A stretch of DNA of 64,000 nucleotides from Sporopachydermia quercuum (GCA_001599295.1 BCGN01000004.1:190138-254137), one strand, 5' to 3'; counted from the first letter of the stretch, positions 52,211 to 62,197 are shown. Numbers and translations are program-made. Notes: a model not told the origin generated them from the letters alone.

Positions 52211-53021
52211 TGTGACAACCAGCTATACATTACCTATTAACAAACCCACGTGACCTTTCACGTGANNNNTCACGTGACACTTTGGCATTTTACATTTATC
52301 TATATTTCTATTTGTACCTTTTATATATATATACTATTTACTTCGCTGATTATTTACTCTCATTCTTCTCTTTCTAATTAATAAGAAGAAGNNNNNNNNN
52401 NNNNNNNNNNNNNNNNNNNNNNNNNNNNNNNNNNNNNNNNNNNNNNNNNNNNNNNNNNNNNNNNNNNNNNNNNNNNNNNNNNNNNNNNNNNNNNNNNNNN
52501 NNNNNNNNNNNNNNNNNNNNNNNNNNNNNNNNNNNNNNNNNNNNNNNNNNNNNNNNNNNNNNNNNNNNNNNNNNNNNNNNNNNNNNNNNNNNNNNNNNNN
52601 NNNNNNNNNNNNNNNNNNNNNNNNNNNNNNNNNNNNNNNNNNNNNNNNNNNNNNNNNNNNNNNNNNNNNNNNNNNNNNNNNNNNNNNNNNNNNNNNNNNN
52701 NNNNNNNNNNNNNNNNNNNNNNNNNNNNNNNNNNNNNNNNNNNNNNNNNNNNNNNNNNNNNNNNNNNNNNNNNNNNNNNNNNNNNNNNNNNNNNNNNNNN
52801 NNNNNNNNNNNNNNNNNNNNNNNNNNNNNNNNNNNNNNNNNNNNNNNNNNNNNNNNNNNNNNNNNNNNNNNNNNNNNNNNNNNNNNNNNNNNNNNNNNNN
52901 NNNNNNNNNNNNNNNNNNNNNNNNNNGAAGAAGGAAAAAGAGTAAGAATTCTAATACAATTCTTCAATTTTTCTTAAAATTCATTTTATTTTACTGAATG
53001 ATGTATGATCAGACAGTAACA
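52211..53021 (+). repeat. 5' LTR region (contains a 535-N gap; may be more than one LTR copy)
   Basis: Starts TGTGACAACCAGCT like the 3' LTR and ends ...GTAACA one base before the PBS. Confidence 0.8.
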
Positions 53022-53022
53022 G

Positions 53023-53030
53023 TGGTAGCG
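53023..53030 (+). other. Primer-binding site for initiator tRNA-Met
   Basis: TGGTAGCG is complementary to the 3' end (CGCUACCA) of yeast tRNAi-Met, as in Ty1/Ty3, and sits directly after the LTR-terminal CA. Confidence 0.85.
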
Positions 53031-53091
53031 ATGCTCATGGTTTAGGCATCATATTTTTTTATTCTTACTGAGTTTTCCCATATCTATTTCA

Positions 53092-54168
53092 ATGGTATTA
53101 ACGCGCAATCAAGTATCAGCTTTGAGTCCTTCACAACAAGACTTTTATTACAATTATTATCATAACGATAACAATAACGAGACCAACAGAGAACCCCAAC
53201 AACGAAATCAAATTCAAAGTCAACAAACAATTGAAATAATTAGCCGCCAACTAGCCCATTATAACAATAACAATAATAGTAACACAAACACGAACAATAA
53301 CACAACAATGTCACAAACACCAATAACTTCGAACACTCTCACACCTAATCTTATTACTACATCTCATAAAGAGAAAATTGATAAACTTTTCAACAAACCA
53401 GAATGTTTCTCAGGACACAATGATCTCCGCCTAGCTTCAGATTGGATCGACCAAATACAATTCTATTTCCAATTAACAAATCAATCCGAAAGTGATTGGC
53501 CAATGTTTACAGTAGGTTTTATGAAAGATAACGCTTTCAAATGGGGTTTAAGATATACGAAAGATAATCAAGACCAACTTACCTGGATCAAATTTAAAGA
53601 CGCATTTATTAAACAATTTCAGCCTCTTCACACGCAGAACAATCTCAAAGCTCAGTTTATGCATATCAGACAGAAGGAAGATGTAATCAACTATAACAAA
53701 AAATTTAATAACTTATTGCTTTCAGTAGAAGCACATTGGACATCCGACTCCAATATAGTATTAGATCGGTATATCGATGGATTATCATCAAAGAATGCAG
53801 CTTATGTACGTTCACATAATCCAACAACTCTTGACTCAGCAATGGAATATGCGTTAGCAGCCCAACAAACGTATGGACTCAACATTACCCGACAACGTCC
53901 CTATTATCAGAATAACTACCAGAATAATAATATTTATAATAACCGTTCACAAACAAATGATTTCAAGAGATCAGATACAATCAACTACAACACTCGATCT
54001 AAACAACATAACTCTTATAGACCCAATAATACCTATCATAATAAATTCAACAACGATAATTATCAAAAACCTAATAGTGATAACAGTACAAAGAAATCAA
54101 CTTACTGCTATATTTGTGGTGATCCTAACCACCTTGCTCCTCAATGTTCACAGAAGAAAAACGAATAA
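53092..54168 (+). CDS. Gag (capsid + nucleocapsid)
   Basis: Retrotrans_gag-like F.G...WI...A..W...W..FK.AF...F, and a CCHC knuckle CYICGDPNHLAPQC. Confidence 0.92.
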   Translation: MVLTRNQVSALSPSQQDFYYNYYHNDNNNETNREPQQRNQIQSQQTIEIISRQLAHYNNNNNSNTNTNNNTTMSQTPITSNTLTPNLITTSHKEKIDKLFNKPECFSGHNDLRLASDWIDQIQFYFQLTNQSESDWPMFTVGFMKDNAFKWGLRYTKDNQDQLTWIKFKDAFIKQFQPLHTQNNLKAQFMHIRQKEDVINYNKKFNNLLLSVEAHWTSDSNIVLDRYIDGLSSKNAAYVRSHNPTTLDSAMEYALAAQQTYGLNITRQRPYYQNNYQNNNIYNNRSQTNDFKRSDTINYNTRSKQHNSYRPNNTYHNKFNNDNYQKPNSDNSTKKSTYCYICGDPNHLAPQCSQKKNE

Positions 54169-57100
54169 GGTCAACAATAGAAACCGATGTTGACTTCAAG
54201 AAAAAAGGTTTCTCAAAACAAAAGACCAATATTGATGAGATTAATTATACAGAATTATGGGGTCATAAATATCGAGCTTATATGTCAAAACAAGGAGTTA
54301 AAGTCAAACATCAAAGACAAATAACACTTATAAAGGATACGTCAGACACTAATACTCACAATGACAAGGAAACATATCACGAAACTGATATATCTTCTCC
54401 ACTTACACCTTCGTCATCGCCTGTTTTAACCGTTCCTGCTTTTATTAATGATAGATTAGTTGAATTATTGTTCGATACAGGAGCCTCTTCAAATTATATT
54501 TCCAATAATATTGCTGATATATGTCAATTACCCCTGATTACTTCTCAACCAATAAAAATCAACACTGCAGCACACAACATCATCACATCTCAAGGTATAG
54601 TAGTATTCGATCTAACCATTGGTTCAACAACAACAAAGATATCAGCATACGTTATTAATAATCTTCCGAAAGATATAATCATTGGCATGGGATTCATCAA
54701 CCACCATACTGAATTATTGATTCAAACACTCAAGAAACACCAAATTGAAGCATTAAACCTAGCAACGAAAACAAATTCGATACATGAGTTAAATATATGT
54801 CAACGACAGGATGACATCTTATTGAATTATAAAGACTTGACTCAACAATTGAGACAACATCATTTCACTCACCTTAATCTTTTGCTCATCACCTCTCATT
54901 CATCAACTCATGATCAACAAATATTTTTAATGGACGTCTCGGATCAAGATTCTTCTTCAATCCAATACAAACAACAAATCCTTGAAGAATTTAAAGACGT
55001 AATATCAAACGAATTACCGTTACGCAACATTGAAAACAAAGGCATCACCCATACAATTAATCTGATTCCAGGCTTACCACCACCTCACCACTCACCCTAC
55101 AGAATGAACCAAAAAGAGAAGGAAGAACTAAATAAGCAAATTAAAGATCTATTAGACACAAATAAGATTGAACCTGCTGCATCACCTTATGGAGCACCTG
55201 TTCTTTTTGTCAAGAAAAAAGATGGATCTATGCGTTTATGTATAGATTACCGTGCACTTAACAATCAAACTGTTAAGCACAGATTCCCGCTTCCTTTTAT
55301 TAATGATTTATTAGACAATGTCGGCAAAGGGAATATATTTTCAAAGTTAGATCTATTAGCCGGTTATCACCAAGTACCAATTGATGAAAAGGATAAAACT
55401 AAAACAGCTTTTGTTACACATTTAGGGCAATACAAATGGAATGTGATGCCATTTGGACTTTGTAATGCACCTGCGACTTTTCAACTAATGATGAACACTA
55501 TTTTACAAGATTTCATTGGAAAATTTGTAGAAGTTTATTTGGATGACATTATTATATACTCTAAGGATAGTAAACAACATTATTATCACTTGAGACAAGT
55601 GTTATCAGCTTTAAGACAGCACCAATTAGTTGCGAAGAGAACAAAATGTGAATTTTATTGCACCAAGATTTCATTTCTGGGACACGTTATCGATCAAAAT
55701 GGAATCCTTCCGGACGAAAATAAATTAAAAGTAGTGAAAGAGTGGCCGCTTATACAAAATGAGAAGCAAGCACTTAGTTTTCTTGGATTAGCAGGGTACT
55801 ATAGGAAGTTCATCAAAAATTTCGCACATATAGCAGCACCATTACACTCATACGCGTGTAAGAAGACAGAATGGACAAATCAACAACTAGATTCCTTCAA
55901 CAAACTTAAACAATTACTAATGTCACCACCTATTCTCATTATACCAGACTTCAATAATACCTTCGTAGTAACAACAGATGCAAGTGATACAGCGCTAGGA
56001 GCTACATTAGAACAAATTGATGAAAAAGGAAAGCTTACAGGAGTCATCTCATACGCATCAAAGAAACTACAAGCTAGTGAAACAAGATATCCAGTACGTG
56101 AAAAGGAATTTTATGCTATTATCTTTGCACTAAGACTATGGCGACACTATTTGATAGGTAAAACTTTTATTATGAGGACAGATCACCAATCGCTTAAATT
56201 TATTTTAACCCAAAAAAATCCAAACGCAAAGATGATGCGCTGGACAGATACCCTTGCTGAATACGACTTCACAGTTCAATATATACCCGGCAAAACAAAC
56301 AATGCTGCGGACGCCCTTAGCCGAATTAACATTCAAGAGTTACATACCTTGACAGTCGACTCTTTAACATTACCAGATACCGCCTCAATCATTGAAGGTT
56401 ACAACACAGATAAGGATTTCCAACAAATATATAATGTGTTAATTAATAATATTCCCTCCCCAAAAGAACTGAAACCTGCCATAGATCGATATTTAATTAT
56501 TGACAAATTACTATACTATTCATACGTTGTTGACGACCAAGCCCGTCTTTGTATACCCAAATGCGAAGTCAGAGAAGCTTTAGTTAGAGCAGCACATGAT
56601 ACACCCATGGGCGGACATCGCAATGCTCTTGCAACACGTGAACACCTTTCTAGATTTTATTATTGGCCCCAGATGGGAAGACTAATTAAGAAATACGTCA
56701 CCGGCTGCGAACCATGTCAAATGGCAAAGTACACAACGAAGAGAACGGCAGGATTACTTAAACCGCTACCAATACCATTACAACGTTGGGACGAAATCAC
56801 AATAGACTTTGTAACAGGAATTCCTACATCAATCGAAGGATATAACGAAATTATGGTTGTTGTAGACAGACTTTCTAAACGAGCTCACTTCATCAAATCA
56901 AATAAAGAATATTTAGCTGCAGAGAAAGCACAACTCTTACTTGACAATGTCATCAAATACCATGCCGTCCCGAAAACTATTACTTCGGATAGAGATCACA
57001 TTTTTCTTTCCCGATTGTGGAAGACTCTTTTCAACAAACTTGGAGTCACCTTACAGTTTTCAACAATTGACCATCCCCAAACTGATGGACAAACAGAAAG

Positions 57101-57893
57101 AGTCAATAAAATATTAGTGGAGCTATTACGCTCATTTGCCTACAAAAGAAAGGAACATTGGGATTGGATGCTAGCACTCGTCGAATTCGCTTATAATAAC
57201 ACTTATCAAGAAAGCATCAAGTGCAGCCCATTTTTCGCCGATCTTGGTCGCCACCCCCGTTATCTTGAAATTCTAACACCAGGACGCGTCACATATAACG
57301 TGAAAGAAATTCATGCTTCAAACAGAGCTGAATTTTTAGCTCAAACGCAGAATGAAATGATTAAGCAAGTTAAAGATACTATGGCCGAATCTCAATTACG
57401 TATGGCCAAATACGCCAATCGCAAACGTAGAGATGAGAAATTTCAAGTTGGCGATCTCGTCTTATTACATCGTGATCATTATCTCAACCAGAAAAATGCG
57501 ACAAAATTAACATACTTGTGGTACGGACCCTTTAAAGTCAACGAAATAGTGAACGAAAATGCTTATCGTATCGACATACCCCAACGCAAGCAGAAAACAT
57601 ATAATATCACACAACTCAAAAGATATAAAGATAATTCGCAACACTACTTCCAGGTCCCTCCAACTCAACAACAACAAATTAGGGATAAACTTAAGGATAT
57701 ATCACGTATTATTGCCGTAGATCAACCCAACAACACAGTTACAGTATCTTGGCAACATTGTGATCCTTCAGATCGCACGAAAATCCCTTTCGATCTTCTT
57801 AACGAATTACCGCCACAACGCCTTGTAGTCCTCAAGAACGATTTTAATCAAAATGTTTACCACCGATCAAAACATGGACAGTTATGGAATTAG
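54144..57893 (+). CDS. Pol (protease, RT, RNase H, integrase), probably translated as Gag-Pol by -1 frameshift
   Basis: FDTGA; LCIDYRALN, MPFGLCNAPATFQ, YLDD; TDAS, TDH; H-H-C-C, DFV, SDRD, GQTERVN; GPF. No stops. The frame is open from 54129. Confidence 0.96.
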   Translation: MFTEEKRIRSTIETDVDFKKKGFSKQKTNIDEINYTELWGHKYRAYMSKQGVKVKHQRQITLIKDTSDTNTHNDKETYHETDISSPLTPSSSPVLTVPAFINDRLVELLFDTGASSNYISNNIADICQLPLITSQPIKINTAAHNIITSQGIVVFDLTIGSTTTKISAYVINNLPKDIIIGMGFINHHTELLIQTLKKHQIEALNLATKTNSIHELNICQRQDDILLNYKDLTQQLRQHHFTHLNLLLITSHSSTHDQQIFLMDVSDQDSSSIQYKQQILEEFKDVISNELPLRNIENKGITHTINLIPGLPPPHHSPYRMNQKEKEELNKQIKDLLDTNKIEPAASPYGAPVLFVKKKDGSMRLCIDYRALNNQTVKHRFPLPFINDLLDNVGKGNIFSKLDLLAGYHQVPIDEKDKTKTAFVTHLGQYKWNVMPFGLCNAPATFQLMMNTILQDFIGKFVEVYLDDIIIYSKDSKQHYYHLRQVLSALRQHQLVAKRTKCEFYCTKISFLGHVIDQNGILPDENKLKVVKEWPLIQNEKQALSFLGLAGYYRKFIKNFAHIAAPLHSYACKKTEWTNQQLDSFNKLKQLLMSPPILIIPDFNNTFVVTTDASDTALGATLEQIDEKGKLTGVISYASKKLQASETRYPVREKEFYAIIFALRLWRHYLIGKTFIMRTDHQSLKFILTQKNPNAKMMRWTDTLAEYDFTVQYIPGKTNNAADALSRINIQELHTLTVDSLTLPDTASIIEGYNTDKDFQQIYNVLINNIPSPKELKPAIDRYLIIDKLLYYSYVVDDQARLCIPKCEVREALVRAAHDTPMGGHRNALATREHLSRFYYWPQMGRLIKKYVTGCEPCQMAKYTTKRTAGLLKPLPIPLQRWDEITIDFVTGIPTSIEGYNEIMVVVDRLSKRAHFIKSNKEYLAAEKAQLLLDNVIKYHAVPKTITSDRDHIFLSRLWKTLFNKLGVTLQFSTIDHPQTDGQTERVNKILVELLRSFAYKRKEHWDWMLALVEFAYNNTYQESIKCSPFFADLGRHPRYLEILTPGRVTYNVKEIHASNRAEFLAQTQNEMIKQVKDTMAESQLRMAKYANRKRRDEKFQVGDLVLLHRDHYLNQKNATKLTYLWYGPFKVNEIVNENAYRIDIPQRKQKTYNITQLKRYKDNSQHYFQVPPTQQQQIRDKLKDISRIIAVDQPNNTVTVSWQHCDPSDRTKIPFDLLNELPPQRLVVLKNDFNQNVYHRSKHGQLWN

Positions 57894-57930
57894 CGAAACG
57901 AGGACGTTTCATTTAACAGTGGGGGGAGAA

Positions 57931-58208
57931 TGTAACAACCAGCTATGCATTACTTATTACTAAACCACGTGACCTTTCACGTGACACATTGGCATTTCAC
58001 ATCTATCTATATTTCTATTTGTANNNNNNNNNNNNNNNNNNNNNNNNNNNNNNNNNNNNNNNNNNNNNNNNNNNNNNNNNNNNNNNNNNNNNNNNNNNNN
58101 NNNNNNNNNNNNNNNNNNNNNNNNNNNNNNNNNNNNNNNNNNNNNNNNNNNNNNNNNNNNNNNNNNNNNNNNNNNNNNNNNNNNNNNNNNNNNNNNNNNN
58201 NNNNNNNN
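57931..58208 (+). repeat. 3' LTR (about 278 bp if the gap size is right; the distal 185 nt are N)
   Basis: Follows the PPT directly. The first 93 nt align with 52211 onward. Confidence 0.88.
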
Positions 58209-58218
58209 AATAACAACC

Positions 58219-58314
58219 GGCCGTGTGGTCTAGTAGTATGATACTCGCTTTGGGTAGCGACAGTTGAGCAAACTTAACTGCGAGTGGTCCAGGGTTCAAT
58301 TCCCTGCTCGGCCC
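58219..58314 (+). tRNA. tRNA-Pro(UGG) with 24-nt intron (58255-58278)
   Basis: GGCCGTG/CTCGGCC acceptor stem, CTCGC-TT-TGG-G[intron]T-GCGAG anticodon arm, CAGGG-TTCAATT-CCCTG T-arm, and a T-run terminator at about 58320-58326. Confidence 0.92.
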
Positions 58315-59626
58315 TATAATTTTTTTCTTCCTTCAATTTATATTTCTTTCTTAAGATACAGAACATAATAATCAAGCATCTAGCTTTCCTGTAGTAAAAG
58401 ATATATCTTACAGCTATACAAGTTCAGCTCTAGTAAGCAGCCTAATACTATATGAATAGCATTGATTACTAACTGTACAATAAGCAAATAATGCTTCTTA
58501 CTAGAAAGGTGAACCGACCGTTTTACTGGTAGAATTCAGTTCCATACTCATACAATGAATATAGTTATAATAAAATTTAATTAGGAACAAGGATTATTTG
58601 AAAGCGGATTATTTATATTACCCTATTCTCTTTTGTATTATTGCTACTAAAACTTGTTTTTAGTACATTTCTAGCATATTTCTAGCACCCCTATAATTGA
58701 CGTTTCTCTATACGACCTATACGAACGAATTTCAATCTCTCACTGGGTTAACATTCAATTTTGTTTTGCACGTCAATTGAATTTTTCTCTTACAAATCGC
58801 AATAGAAGGATTCTGAAGGTTCAACACAGAATAGTGACTGGAAGGACAGATAGATGATGCTGGTTTTAATGTTTGAGGAGTTGTTTGGAATTGAAATATA
58901 ATTGACAAGAAAATAGCACTTAATCAGGTTCACCAGGAATATTAGTCATTTCCATTGAATTTTCGCTGAACATTTTGTTTCTACTGAAGAGCCGTTGAAT
59001 GCCATTGAAAGGCAAGGGGAAAAGGCAGTCGAAGACGTACACATATTATCGGTAACGTATTAGTAAGGACAAATACAATACGAATTGATTGCACTGAAAG
59101 GTTTAATGTTTATATTCAAATCCTTGAAGCAGAAAGAAGAAAGCGGAAAACAGCAGCAGAAGCAGAAACAGAAAAGTGCCACAGTGCAGTAAATAGAGCT
59201 CCTCCTTGAATAGTACCCAAATATTCATCGAACAGAGCTCGTTAAATAGAAGATTCTGTTTTCAGTGATATAACATACGTGCTTTTAGAAACTACTCGTC
59301 AGTTTTAACTACATCACCTGCTTGATACCAAACAAGCAAGCATTGGATACTCCAGTAAACATTTAACGAAGCAATCCGAGAGTAGAAAGGAGCAACAGAA
59401 CGCAACAAACGCTAGAAATTAATTAAATCAACTCCACACACACACACACACACCAATCTGCCTGTTTGTTAGAACAAGTAGTCAACATCTTTCATTGAAA
59501 TCAATCAATACCAATATCATCCTCATTCATCAACAACCGATCATACACTCTTTCTCTCACTTCAACTCTCAATCTCAATCTCAATCTCAATATCAATCTC
59601 AATCTCAATCCAAAACCCAAAATAAA

Positions 59627-60847
59627 ATGTCTTCTCCCATTCATACAACTCTCACCAAGTTCAATAAAGACATATCCTCATGGCTTATACTCCTCAACCA
59701 GAAAGAGACCCCTGAGTCCAAAGCCTCCTTACTAAACATTCCTAGTGAGCACTCAGGTGGTAATAACTTATCAGAACTGGAGAAAACGCTGAATCTGATC
59801 AAAGCCACTGCGACAAAAATTGGTTTAGTATTCAAACTGCCAATTGTTGCTGTTGATGCATCAATAAAAGAGCTGAATTCTCTTCACGACAAATTATTTA
59901 TTCTAATGGTGATTCACTCTAGAATGTATATTGATCTACTTAACAGTAGAAAAGATATCAACTATGGTGAACTGCTATTGGGTAAAATTAAACATGGTAT
60001 TATAAACATTATGTCAATAATAGATGAGTTCATGAAAGGATACTCGACAATTCAGCCAAATGATATCGATGATGGTGGGATAAGCAGAATAAGCAGCAGC
60101 AGCAATAATAATAGTAGGAATACTGCTAACACCGCTAGTACTACTATAAACCAACCAACCACTGAAACAGCAACATTAAACCTTTCAGAAAACGAGAGCG
60201 AGAAAAAGACAGCTACAGTCAACTATGAATCATTAAGACTAACAACCGTTGGCAAATTGTGGCAAAGCTGTGATGACTTACTGGCTATTATTCATAAAGG
60301 CGAATCAGCCGTTGGGCAGACATTTATTGAGAATATAATCAACCAAATCAACGATTCAATCAACGATTTAAACGATTGGATCGAAGATCCAACCATTGAA
60401 GAGTTTTTTGATAATTTCAATGACCATTTTGATGATGATGATAGTACCAGTACTAATAATAGCAAGAATAGCACTATTTCTGACGAATTAATAGAACTAG
60501 CAGTCAAAAGCAAAGAAAGAGTCAAACTAATCACAATATTGTTTGCTTATTATCTGAAAAAATCGTTCAAATTATTACCAGCGAACAAAGTGAAGTCAAT
60601 CGTTGATACTATTAATAGTATAAGCATAGATACTGATGAATTAGTATGTGTCATTATGATGAACAATAGTGTGAAAGAAGTGAGAGAAGTTCAGTTAGAA
60701 TTGAATGAAAAGATGAAGAGTTTTGTTACGATAATCAAGAACAATAGTAAGGAAACAGCAAATGCAGCAAACAAGGCGAACTCTGGTGATAATGTTTTGA
60801 ACATCAAATGGTATTCTTTATGGCTGGAAAAGTATTTGAACGATTAG
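59627..60847 (+). CDS. Probable cyclin-D1-binding protein 1 / GCIP-like helical protein
   Basis: First ATG at 59627 (406 aa). LIKATATKIGLVFK, RLTTVGKLWQSCDDL and INDSINDLNDWIE followed by an acidic tract resemble fungal GCIP-family blocks. Confidence 0.55.
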   Translation: MSSPIHTTLTKFNKDISSWLILLNQKETPESKASLLNIPSEHSGGNNLSELEKTLNLIKATATKIGLVFKLPIVAVDASIKELNSLHDKLFILMVIHSRMYIDLLNSRKDINYGELLLGKIKHGIINIMSIIDEFMKGYSTIQPNDIDDGGISRISSSSNNNSRNTANTASTTINQPTTETATLNLSENESEKKTATVNYESLRLTTVGKLWQSCDDLLAIIHKGESAVGQTFIENIINQINDSINDLNDWIEDPTIEEFFDNFNDHFDDDDSTSTNNSKNSTISDELIELAVKSKERVKLITILFAYYLKKSFKLLPANKVKSIVDTINSISIDTDELVCVIMMNNSVKEVREVQLELNEKMKSFVTIIKNNSKETANAANKANSGDNVLNIKWYSLWLEKYLND

Positions 60848-62170
60848 GTGAATCAATGAATTGTAATGTACGGATAGTTCATTCAATATTCAATGTTACA
60901 ATGTTGCATGCAATCAATCAACATTGATAAAGCAGAGAGTCGAATCTGATGCTGCAATTGCTACTGGAAATTATCATATTTTATTACCTCATCACATTAT
61001 TACCATCCAGAAGTTGATGGAATAAATGAAGTTCTACAGAAATGAACTTTCTGATTATAAAAAGTAGAGAGTGATCGTGTTGGTTCAATGGCTTCAAGTT
61101 AATCTGGATAGAGTAAGTAATTAAAGGGAATCAATTGCAATTAGTGAATGAAACCTAGTATTTGATAATTGGATATAAAGCTCTATAGCATTCTCACTAC
61201 CTAACTCAACACAGTAAGGCTTAACATCTACATTACGTAAGAAATCGTCAGTAACTTCAGTTCCAGTTGCATTATGTGAACAAATGAATGAGAAGCATCA
61301 GAAGCTTTGCTGAAAACTGTGTATTCTGAGACCTTAGCTGAACAAGAGCGTAAAGCTAATGGAAGTAAATGTAACTGTAACTCATAGTTTAATAAAAAAT
61401 CTAGTTAATGAAGTCTCCTGTATATAAAATAGTCAAGCAGTAGAAACAATATAGAATAAGCATTCGCAGTAAACACTTGGTGATATCACTTGGTAGTAGT
61501 GAAAAAAGAGATATACTTAGACTATTTTCCAGAGATTGAAACAATAGATAAATAATGCTTTGAACCAGCGTGCGATAAACGGCTAAAGTAATTGTAGGAT
61601 TTCCTTTTCAGAGAGCAGAAATGAAAGCAGAAATAGAAAATAGAAATGTTGACTGATACTTGATGGATGTAGGGCATTGTTTGCCTTGTACAGCAGTCGG
61701 TGAACTACGAAGTTAACTACAAATTGAATTTGGTAGCGAGCAGTGATAAATGATTCCGGTACGATTTCCGTAACAAGGCTTGTTTGTAGTCATTTTCTAT
61801 GATCTATTCCGCTACTGTTCCCGACATTGATTGGTTAGACTTATTATAATACGTATCGTTTCCATAATGGACTCTCCGTGAATACTAATTCCGATATTTC
61901 AGAGATAGAGTCCGGTTTCCTTTATTCTCTTATTCAAGTACTTCCAAAATAATCTCCGATATAAAATGTTCTCCGGAATTCACACTGACTCATATTAATC
62001 GTCATGATCATAACTTCCGCTCTATCCTGTATCATCTTCGCTATTCTCTTCGAACTATAAATTAAACGCTAACTTCGTGCTAAATCCAGTCTTACTTCCC
62101 AATAAAATAAAAAAATATAACGCCACATTTACACCTTTCCTATTTAAGTAGTAATAAACCCAATCTGGCC

Positions 62171-62196
62171 CAGCCACAGCCACAGCCACAGCCACA
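62171..62196 (+). repeat. (CAGCCA)n hexanucleotide microsatellite just 3' of the LAS17 stop
   Basis: About four tandem CAGCCA units. Confidence 0.8.
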
Positions 62197-62197
62197 A

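Larger units (their letters stand above)
52211..58208 (+). mobile_element. Ty3/gypsy LTR retrotransposon with intact gag and pol, tRNA-targeted
   Basis: TG-starting LTR copies at 52211 and 57931. PBS TGGTAGCG 53023-53030. PPT GTGGGGGGAGAA 57919-57930. AATAA on both flanks (52206-52210, 58209-58213). Domain order PR-RT-RH-IN. Confidence 0.95.

Noticed and set aside
52259..52278. Apparent third CACGTG in the left LTR
   Set aside because: TCACGTGA is repeated on both sides of a 4-N gap and the 3' LTR has only two sites, so this is likely a contig-overlap artefact.
52374..58299. ORF-track entries made mostly of X (52374-52967, 57945-58299)
   Set aside because: They are open only because they cross N gaps.
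59495..59626. SQ-repeat N-terminal extension of the GCIP-like ORF
   Set aside because: It starts at TTG and is a (TCTCAA)n microsatellite in the probable 5' UTR; the ATG at 59627 has good context.
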